A stretch of DNA of 36,695 nt. It comes from Intoshia linei (lineage: Eukaryota; Animalia; Orthonectida). Positions 1-10,200 of this stretch are shown here, one piece after another. The stretch's first letter is position 1. Each line of letters starts with the position of its first letter. The notes under the pieces were generated by a model. The model saw nothing but the letters and a program-made list of their open reading frames with translations, had not been told where the DNA came from and did not search any database. The stretch lies in assembly GCA_001642005.1 (NCBI GenBank), contig LWCA01000250.1, forward strand, positions 1 through 36,695, read 5' to 3'. Made by a program: the position numbers and the translations under genes.

Positions 1-43
1 CTGTTATGTACTACGTAAACTCATTAATCAGATAGAGAAATTT

Positions 44-900
44 CTATATAAAATATTGGTAAAAAGGTATTTTTTCCTTAAGGGTTGGTAAAATTTTAGT
101 ATTTACAGAACATGTGTCAGATATTACCATCTTAATATTATCTTGGATGGAATATCTTTCAATTATTTTTTTTATAGCTAAATAAATAGTTTCTGCTTTA
201 CCGTTTGGTAGATATGAAACTCCAATTGGTAATCCTGTTTTCATGTTTTCGGATTCAAAGCATACTACTTGCATTTCAGTTACAGTACATTACAGTGGTT
301 TCTGTACAATATGAATATGAATTTTTCGTATTTCAAATATTTTTTTAATTGTATCCACGATGATTTTATTTCTTTGCGCTTCGTTTTCCAGATTGAAACA
401 TGACTTGGTGTTTCATTTATTAATTAAGCGATAACACCCGCCGATTTTCGTGAAGACAAGTTAATTTTTCTGGAAATATTTACTCCTTCTTTTAAAGATA
501 AATAAGGTTTTTTAATAATTGGCTCATCATATGACTCATCGGCGGAGACGTCACTTTTAAAATAACTGTCAGTGACCGTCCGAAAATCGAAATTTTTAGG
601 TACTAGCACATTTTTTGAAGGATAAGGAGGTTGTAAGTTTTCAATGTGAGATGTACAATGTCCCATACCATTGACGATTTGAATTTTATACCATTCTTCG
701 TCTTCTTTGTGATTGTTATGCGAGTAATCTTTCATATTAAACTTTTCTGTTGTCTTTGTTAAAAATTCTTGACTTTTCTTTGTATTAGGATGTCGCTTAA
801 AACCATCATAATCAGTCATGATTTTTATCACTAATTATTATCCAAAACACACATAATGGCTTTAGGGCCTCATATCAACAATAATCTCCGTTGCATAATC
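44..900 (-). pseudogene. Decayed DNA transposase fragment, hAT-like (hATm-type), broken into several frames
   Basis: ORF 44..274 reads LPIGVSYLPNGKAETIYLAIKKIIERY..KMVISDTCSVNT, resembling the GVxxLxxGxA...DTxxxNT RNase-H core of hATm-like transposases. ORF 424..831 is a plausible N-terminal part. Frameshifts and stops separate the pieces. Confidence 0.55.
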
Positions 901-1071
901 ATTGTCATAGAGTACGTAAGATACATGTTCTGTCGCGTAAGGGTTAATAACTTTTAAATTTATTATAATTTACAATTAATCCAAATTTCAATATTATATT
1001 AATTAAATATCAAATACTTAATCAAATTAATGTTAACGATTCTAATTTAATTTTAAAATTTTTCTTAAATC

Positions 1072-2006
1072 TGCGGACCCCTCAGACTCTGTAGGCCCCC
1101 CATTTAAGAAACACTGTCATAGACTACATTACAAAAATTAATAATTTTATATTCACAATGTAAATAATGATTGTAAATCCATTTTAACATAATTAAATAT
1201 TCATTATCCTTATGGTGCACGATTTAAACGATATTAATTACGATATTCTATATGAAATTGTAAGGGATATAGAGAAAACAATCAAATTTTGCAAAGAATT
1301 TAAGCTCATTAAATCAACACAAAATTGTATAGACTGTGGAGGAATAATGAACTTTAACAAAAAAATTTATTTAATCCCTCCTTATAAACATAAACAATTT
1401 TTTATATACTCCAAACATCTTATCAATTAACATTAATGAAAAAATTAAAAAAGCATATTCATTTTTATTTATATTTTATACTGTGTTCAAATTCTCACGA
1501 CCCCCTGATAACTTTCGCGACCCCCCGGTTGTAAAACCACTGGTATAGTGGTTTGTACCGATCGTGTTATGGTAAGAATATGTATAATTAATAGTAATAA
1601 GATATATAATGTGGTATTTGATCGTTCAAAAATTAAAAATCGGAAATTTTAGTGATTCGTAAACTTTCAATCAACGATTTCTCTATGAAATGTTCATAAT
1701 GTGCGATTAATTGAGGTCCGTAGCCCGATTCCATCGTGGTTTTATCGTTAACTATAAGTTTGGTATACGTCTTCATGGATCTGAGAAGTTTATTTGTATT
1801 TATTATTACACCAGCATTCAAGGTAAATTAAAAATATAATTTCTTTCTAAAACTACATACAAAATATCAACAAAAAATTCTGTAATAATATAAATTTGTA
1901 TATTTTATTGCATATATTCTATGCAATATAAACAATCAATTTCAAAATTTGAATGTAAACATAAGTATGAAGCATGATCTCGCGGGCCGTAGTTTGCTCA
2001 CCACTG
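1072..2006. mobile_element. Cluster of solo hAT-type MITE right ends
   Basis: GC-rich subterminal tracts end in aagaaacactg (~1115), aaaaccactg (~1542) and tttgctcaccactg (~2006), i.e. CAGTG-type termini. No partner left ends were found. Confidence 0.5.
1212..1360 (+). pseudogene. Merlin/IS1595-like transposase N-terminal zinc-finger fragment
   Basis: EKTIKFCKEFKLIKSTQNCIDCGGIM fits the helix plus CxxCG..M start typical of Merlin transposases. It is truncated and lies among solo transposon ends. Confidence 0.45.
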
Positions 2007-2263
2007 CGATAGAATCAAATGTAAAGTGTAATAGTGCGTCTATAAAACCTAGTTTATTATGTCATGAGGACACCACACATTGTTTACGTAAAATTATAAA
2101 ATAGTTGATGGTCCAAAATACAAGGCTGACTAGTGGTCAGTGACCACTGCCTTAAATTGGAGAGAAAGTGATAATTTATATTTGATAATTTTCAGATGTA
2201 AACAAAATGTGTAAATTACATAATTCAAAAGTAACTATAGTGGTAAAAATAAATATAGTTACA

Positions 2264-2898
2264 ATGTCGAAATTACTGAAATTCAATCGTATTTTGATAA
2301 ATAACAGTGTGAAGAGATATGCAGGTACCCACGATCCGACAAAATTGAAACAATATGAAAAGTTTTGGACCTTTGTTTGCATTGGAGGTGCACCGGTAGA
2401 TTTTTAATTTTAAAACAAAACATTACTAGGTAAATAAATTATACATTTTAAAGTAGATACTAGTGGGTGCAATGGCTTATGTGGTTATAAATTACAAACA
2501 TCCTAAAAGAATTCCGTACAAACCATACGAGTATATGTATAAAATTCAAAGGGTAATTACATTTAAACTGATATTCTTCATTCTATTTTCTTATTCGATC
2601 AATAATTTTTGAAATTCTGACCCGATATTTTTAATTAACAAAGCTATAAACGTAGATCTAAATAGTAACCTGGACACGGAACTATTTTGTAATGTTATAT
2701 ATTTTAATTTTGAAAAATGTTAAATTTCTTTTACAGTGGGAGGCAGGTAATCCAGGTTGAATAAAATGTTATTTAAATTAATTAACAACTCCATTTTAGC
2801 CTTTTCCATGGGGCGATGGCAATCACTCATTCTTCCATAACCCAAAGTTAAATGCTGTACCCGGAGTCGGATATGAAGAGGAAGAAGAATCACATTAA
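2264..2898 (+). CDS. COX6A: Cytochrome c oxidase subunit 6A (mitochondrial), 3 exons
   Basis: Exons 2264-2395, 2457-2552 and 2800-2898 with GT..AG introns. The protein has a basic presequence, one TM segment and the diagnostic [27 protein letters not shown]. Confidence 0.95.
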
Positions 2899-2925
2899 TT
2901 TTATTAAGTTTTAATAAAAGTTTCT

Positions 2926-4358
2926 TCAAATTTTTACAAGTTGTTGTAGTACTAGAATAAAAATTAATTAAGTAATGTTAATTTTTTTAACTACCATCAA
3001 AACTCATGTTTTCGCTTTTAGGGTACATGTCGATTACATTTCGACCAGAATAATCAAGTTTATTTAAATAGTCAACTAAAAATTTGAATTGAGTACATTA
3101 GTTACTTTAAATTACGATTAGCATATTGTTCAATAACTTTTACAATAAATTCTGTATGGTTTCCTTGTGCTGCAATGTGTAATGCGCTTAATCCCTAAAT
3201 GTGATGAATAATTAATAAAAAAGTTTTACCTCCTACAATCAAAGTTATATTTATCCATCAAATGTACCTTCTGAAATAAATTTACATAAAAATTTTATCA
3301 TCATTTAGTTACAGTCAAAATATCCAGTGTATTGTCAGTATTGGCACTTAAAATCAAATTTGCCATCTCCACAGATCCGAATCTACCCGCCCAGTGCAGT
3401 GCAGACTAAAATTGTATAAAACGTAAAAAGATTTGTACCATCTAAAAAAATAGAATTAAAATTATTTTTATTGATCCATAGAAACTACATATTACCTGTC
3501 CAAACCGTTTAAATTTGGCGCAAAAATATATGAATAATTAAAAATCAAATTAAAAATTACCGTAAAAATATCCTAAAAATAAATTAACAAACTTGGAAAG
3601 GATATAATCATTACCTGAGTGCATGCCAATTTTCGATTGTTCTTGATGAATCTTTCCATAGAAGCCACATCTTGCTCATGAACAGCGACAAACCAGGCTT
3701 CGTTCTAAATTTTTATTATGATTTGTTAAACAAAACATACCAAATCGTAATTATTTGTTTCAATTACATTACCAATATGCTTGTCAATCTTTGGTGTTTC
3801 GAATAACGCAGTTTTGGTTTTTTCAATTCGATTGATTTCATGATAAACAGAAGGTGTGCATCGGATTATGCCTTCGTCTGATGTGTCATTGTTTTTATTA
3901 TTGTTTTTTATTTTATTTTTTACATCTCCATCCATAAAATCCTCTAGCGCAATGTTTTTGTCGTATGTTAAATCAGATTTATGCACCTGAACTATGTTTT
4001 CTAATAATTTTTTTGTTTGTTTGACGTAATCTCCACCCCATTCACTGTCATTTAAATTAACTGAAGTAATGTAAGTCGTGTCAATAGATTTCTTTCGATG
4101 TTTAATATAATATTCTGGTTTTAATCCTACCAATTTTCCGTTAAAGTTGTTGGTAATTGATACAATGGTAAACTTTTTTAAATATAGTTTCAAGGTTTTT
4201 ATGTTTTCGTCTCTATTAATGTTGTGTTTCTTTATAAATGGGTAAAATCGTCTTTTTATAGCATCTTCACATACCGTCGTTTCTGGTTGAGGTAATGTTT
4301 CACGCAGAAATGCCAATACAGTTTCTCCTGTCAATACCAATTCGTTATTCTTTGCCAT
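2926..4358 (-). CDS. SOWAH: SOWAH (sosondowah)-like ankyrin repeat protein with micro-exons
   Basis: Predicted exons: 4358-3741, 3704-3615, 3572-3561, 3441-3439, 3405-3313, 3270-3268, 3232-3230, 3194-3116, 3075-2995, 2951-2926. N-terminal LTGETVLAFLRE, then EAWF.., SALHWAGRFG, GLSALHIAAQ and DYSGRNVIDM, which matches the SOWAH layout. The last exon is tentative: without it the frame stops about 8 nt into that intron. Confidence 0.8.
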
Positions 4359-4683
4359 AATTTAAAAGTTTACAATATATGTAATCATGGTGACACTGCT
4401 ACAAATACTTTTATAACCTTATTAGCTTTATTATTTTTCTCTTATTTTTCATACAAACTGTAGTTAGCTCTGCCGAGGCGTACGCTTCCAGATTTAAATT
4501 TTTACTAACAATTTAACAATTAATCTATAATTATGGATGATATTGGAAGATAATATAGGACACTAAAATTTCATTTTTAATTTAAATCAGGTGTGTCATT
4601 TGAATTCACTCAATTCCTAAAAATAGTATTTATATTTATGAGCATATTAATGTCATTTAAATGGATAATTCAAATTTAAGTAA

Positions 4684-4800
4684 TAATATGGTCATACCAA
4701 GGTGGAAACGCCTCTTCTCGTCTGATCACGGAAGTTAAGCGTCTTCGGGCTTGGTTGGTACTTGGATGGGGACCGCCTGGGAAGACTAAGTGTCGTATTT
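4684..4800 (+). rRNA. 5S rRNA (single dispersed copy, divergent)
   Basis: Contains GGTCATACC, CTCGTCTGATC, box A GAAGTTAAGC and box C GTACTTGGATGGG-GACCGCCTGGGAA. The ends pair (aatatggt / gtcgtatt) and are followed by a TTTTT Pol III terminator. Confidence 0.93.
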
Positions 4801-5460
4801 CTTTTTATTGGCTTTTTTATTTTTATAAGAAAATTTTATCTGTTTACATGATAAAAATTTGCTTAAAATCTAATTATAATTTATTGATTTATTGAAAAAA
4901 CAAAGTTTTCCTAGAAATGAATACCAATTTGTAGGTAATTAATAATATAACGTTTTTACCCAGTTGGACCTGCCTAATCAATAGTGACACTTAAATTAAA
5001 ACTTTTATAATTTTCTTAACCAAAAATGCAATTCCAATCAATTTATCGATCAATTTAGATCAATTTAGATCAATCAATTTAGAAATAATAATAAAGTTAT
5101 ATCAATTTTTGCAAAGTTTTAAATATTGCGTAGGAATGATGGAAAAACGCGAGAAATCAATTTCTCACACTGAAACCAAAATTTTTGTATTTAAAATCTG
5201 TAAGTTTATGCTCAATTTTTTTTTTTGAAATTGTAAGATGAATATTTACGTTTTCGTTTTAAATTGGATTCAAATTGAATTCAAAAATTTGAAAAACATT
5301 GGTTGATAAATTATCAATTATAATATATTAAATTCGTTGCTGACTATGAATATGTGAATTTTTCATAAAGAAATTTTTTTTCAGAATCTACTTGAATAAA
5401 ATGTATGAGTGTAACCATTGGCAGATAAGAGCTCTGATAAGTTTATCTTAAATAAAAAGA

Positions 5461-5532
5461 TGTCCAAATCTCGATTCGAACCTAGCCACGCAGAATACAA
5501 TTATATGACTATAACCACTCTGCCACATCACA
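5461..5532 (-). pseudogene. tRNA-like relic or tRNA-derived SINE head
   Basis: Minus strand shows A-box TGGCAGAGTGG and B-box GGTTCGAATC at tRNA spacing, followed by TCTTTTT. Acceptor, anticodon and T stems pair poorly. Confidence 0.5.
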
Positions 5533-5672
5533 AGTGGGTTATATCAAAAGTATATATTCGAATCTCGATTAGTATGATAGCGATATATTACTACAATGAG
5601 ACTCATTATTTTTTTAAATTTTAGGACGATTAATTATTGATTATTTTTAATTTTAATGAAATAATTTGTAAA

Positions 5673-6415
5673 TCTTTACTTATATAAAATTAGAATGTCA
5701 GTCTGTGTTACCACTTATTTAAAAAATTAACAGTCTTAAAATTAAATAAAACTAAATGTCTAATTATGTTTTTCACAGGTGATGTTTATATCAACGTTTT
5801 TTTTATGAATTTCAGTTATTCAGGGTCAAAAACCTAATTTCCCCTTATTTTAAAAATAAAATCATCCCAAAAATTAAAAAAAACATAAATTCTAGGATGC
5901 GTTTTAAAATTATTAACGTTACTGTAAATTCCAGCCTTAGAAATGCACAGCTTTATGGACAAAACCACAATTACCCTTGCTTTAAAAACGAAAATGTCTT
6001 AACCCTTCCACTGTCTATAATTTATGTTTTAATTTAAACTTGTATAATTTTTAAATTGCCTATGTGAAAATGTATGAAAATAAAAGAATAAAATTTTTCA
6101 AAATTATGCTGTGTATAATATAAAATACACAGACAGTGAAAGGGTTAAAATTTGATAAAACACACATTCTGAGACAGTTTTTAAAATTATAATCATTATC
6201 ATAAATCACAATCCATTTAACTATAAATTTAATTTAATGTAAACTGATTGATTTAGAGCGAAATAAATTGGTGAACCACTCGAATGTAGAGTTAAATAAG
6301 TGATAATAGTGAATAGTAACATTATATTAAATTTATTTTTTGATAGAATTTAAAAATTTCTTTCTCTGCAGAGGTAGTTGGTGTATTTTTACAAAGTACA
6401 CAACAGTCAAGCTAG
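5673..6415 (+). mobile_element. Non-autonomous Helitron (apparently complete), carrying a piggyBac-type MITE
   Basis: A|TCTTTACTTATATAAAA..GTCTGTGTTAC 5' end and CTAG|T 3' end, preceded by an imperfect hairpin (gttggtgtat..gtacacaac). No TSD. Body sequence recurs at 22971, 24615 and 29067. Confidence 0.75.
6003..6144. mobile_element. piggyBac-type MITE, 142 bp
   Basis: TTAA at 5999-6002 and 6145-6148. 14-bp TIRs CCCTTCCACTGTCT / AGACAGTGAAAGGG with one mismatch. Confidence 0.88.
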
Positions 6416-7260
6416 TAAAAAAATAAATAGTAAATAATTAGTGAACTGGTAAGTATAGCATAAGTAACAATGTGCAATAAAATGAAAATTTTATTTGGGA
6501 TTTCGAAAATATTTTCAAAATATTTTAATATACTTAGTACAAACCTACTTGTTAATTTTTATAAAAATTTATTTAAAAAATTCAGGATAGGAGCTAAAAC
6601 GATCAAAAATGGCGATTTTTCGGTTAAAGTTTAGTAACTGGTTAATGTCGGCATTACATAAAGTATATCTAAAATCGTCAATTGTAGAGGGATTTTAATA
6701 TTAAGGGTACTCATTCAATTCCGTTTGCCCTCAAAATGACAAAGAAATGATAAAAAAACTATAAATTTAACTTTTTACATAAAATTTAATTAAAAAACTA
6801 ATTAAAATTTGCAATACAATGAGTTTATTTTAGTATGATCGAATGCGAAAATTTTCAAAAACGCAAGTGTATATTAAATATAAAAGGTGGAACTATTTTA
6901 TATGAGAAGAAAATTCTTAGTGAGACTACAGGTATTTTACAATTAATCAATTAAAATCAAACAAAAATGGTATTATATATTAAATGTTTATTTACATATA
7001 TTCATATACATTGTACATTATATTTACACCTCAAAATATTATCTGCCAGCATATTAGCGGCATTTGACTATTTAAAGTGTTTTTAATCATATATTGTTAT
7101 TTGATGGTATCTCTTGCCATGATTATAATTATAATTTATAAATTTGTAATATAAAACATTACAAATAATAAGAAAATAAGTATCGTATTTATAATATCCT
7201 AGTAATAAATAAAATATATGTAATTTAATTTTACACTAAATGTATTAAAATTTATTCGAC

Positions 7261-10200
7261 ATGACAATCAATCGACCATTTAAACTACCGTGGCTAGATT
7301 CTTGCTACGACGAATCAAAACTACCAACTGAAACATTTATCAAAGTAAAACGACTAAATTCCGTCTAAAAAATGTATTAATAATATTTAGTTTTGCGATG
7401 AATTAAAAAAGACATATGTTAAAAATATCAAATCCATGTGTTCTTTAGATGACGATTTATACAAGTATATAATTAAAAAGCACACACCTGAATTTGAGAA
7501 AAATTATTTCGGCGTAGAAGAAGATGCCATTGTTTTATTTTAATTCCAGTATAATAAATATTAATATAGGTTGATGTTACCCTCGAAAATGTTGCAAATT
7601 CGGTGATTTCGAATGCAATATTCAAAACAACATCAGATTTAAAAAGGTTTGTAATATTGCAACGTTAATATACCTCATTAGTTTAAACACTTTGGAAATG
7701 AAAGATTTATTACATGGGATCATAGAAAAGGGTGTAAATCGACATTTAAATCAAATTTCGTATACATTTGAGGTTATTTGAATACTTTGGATGTATTATA
7801 GTATTTATAGTATCAACTTTCCACTACCACTGATTCAATTTCATCCAACAAGTTATTAAATATTTTGAATTTTAAAAATATTGAATCAATAAACGATGCC
7901 GAAAATATCGAAAAAACTCAAAGTAATAATGAAAATTAAAAATTGTAAATTAAATATACATTTGCATTTTAGTTGGAATATTGAGTGACGCATTGGGCAG
8001 ATCAATAGTTGGTTTACTCAAGCAAAATAAGGTGGATATGTACAAAATTTGTTTATTTTTAAAAAATTTACCCTTATCTCCGTCTTTAAGGATGTACCTT
8101 TGGAGTAATGGTATTTTTAATGCAGAAAATTTAATAAAAAGCGATAATTTCAAAAATAAATCTAGGTACCGTAATTTTACAATTCTATTATGTCATTTTA
8201 GTAATTATGACAAGAAACAATATCGAAAAACTTTTCATAATAACATTGAAAGAGGAATACGTCAACTAGATATTGTTAATGCAGTTAAATCACCAATTGA
8301 TTCTCTTATTTCTAAGAATATTAAAAACGTAAATGATAAAATATTTTTATAATTTCTCCGTAACTACAATTATAATTGAAACTTAATATACTATACTATA
8401 ATGTATACTAAAAACATTAATATTAATAGATTTACTTTAATGAAAGATCTACATTATACAATCGATCTACTGATGAGTTTGTCAAGGATTTACTTAGAAT
8501 ATTAAACATAATTTACACTGCGACAAACAAATTTGAAGCAAATTTTATATATGTTTTGTATCCGCTGATATTGGCTTACCAAAACATATCCAAAGAACGT
8601 AATAATAATAATTATTAATTATATAGATTCTTTGTTTTGTACAACGTACAACGTACAAATACATTCTTAGTCCCAATGACATTATTTTACAATTTTTACT
8701 AAGCTAAAATTTAGCTAAAATGCCGAAATTATAATAAAGTTAAGTTCAATTAAATGAAATATTGGTTGATAAAATGTTAAAATACGTTTTTAACAGCGAA
8801 GATGTAAATTGCCCAGATTCAATTTTATGATAAAACAGTGACAGGAAAAAAATATCCTAGAATTTTGTAAAACATAAATTTTAGAACTATGAGTTTATAA
8901 AATAAATCGTTACAAACAGTTAACAAACAAATAACAAATAGACATAAATTGACGTTTATACATATGTATAAGCAAGGATATAATAAAAATGAAAAAAAAT
9001 TAAATTTTAGAAGGATTTTACTACGAAATGGCCATGTTGAGTTCCCTATTTATGAGTTATGTATTCCCTCAAACTGACAATATTTTATCCATTACTGATA
9101 GAACAATGCAACAACTTAATTTGATTGACCAAGAATTGTACAATTACTTATTTGATGGTGAAAAATATGAGGTTAAATGCAAAATATATGAACCTAACTA
9201 TTAAAATTTAGAAACTTAATTTGTCTGACAAAAAAACTACACAACAATTGACGAGTTGTAAGACCATTCAACGAAACGTTGTAAATTGGATAAATAGATT
9301 ATATTGTACAATTTTAACAAATCAACAAGTCTTATTTTGCTGGGATCAACTTTTTCTCAATTTTTGGTCACTCAATTCGTTTGTTAATATCAATTTGACC
9401 ATTTTGCTCATTATTAAAGATATCCTAATTTGTAATACTACAATCGATGAGGTTATTTTTGATCTATTATTGTATAACGTCCTAGGAAACCGCTAATTCA
9501 TATTCAAAGCCGAACCTACCCAGCTCGAGGCCTACCGAAAATGGAAAATGGACCTTAAAAAATTTAAAAAGCTATGTCTAGTGTCATATAGCCCTAGCAA
9601 CCTCTCCAAGGCTCTTGACTTAAAATTTTAAATTTAACACACAAAATATAATGTATAATATACATTGTATATTGTACAATAAAAGTAGTTGATATTCAAA
9701 AATATAATTTGTTAATGCTCAATTTGGAAAAATTACGTTCCATTTTACAAAAATTTCGTCTAAATTCCAAAGTGGTCTCGGCTAAGGTATGTTTGTCCAT
9801 GAAAACGTACAATAAACAATGTCTATATTTATGCAATTTATACAACAATATTTATGAAAAACGGTTTTTTGACATCGTGATTTCTATTCAAAAATACACA
9901 TGGTCTACCTGGTACGTTTTAAAATATTGCAAAATTTCAAATAAATGTGACACCCTAGTAACTAGGGTTTAGTGCACATTTAAGAGCACCCTAAAGCCCC
10001 ATGTGAATTTTTGAAAAAAAATAATAAAACTATTTAAATTATAATTAATTATCTAAAAACATTTTAATTTTCAATTTAGTCAATTATTTTTCAATTGATG
10101 AAGTCTTCAAAATTATCACATTTTATTCAAATGTATAAAAATGTACAAAAAGAAAAATACGCGTAATTTAATGATTAGCAAATTAAAATAAATGAATTAT

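Noticed and set aside
1633-1821. ORF with ESGYGPQL, faintly like the integrase SDNGPQF motif
   Set aside because: A single degenerate motif without the catalytic Asp or any supporting context.
2720-2929. Minus-strand 69-aa ORF
   Set aside because: Antisense shadow of COX6A exon 3.
5048-5081. GATCAATTTA repeated 3-4 times
   Set aside because: Short simple tandem repeat with no spacers; not CRISPR-like.
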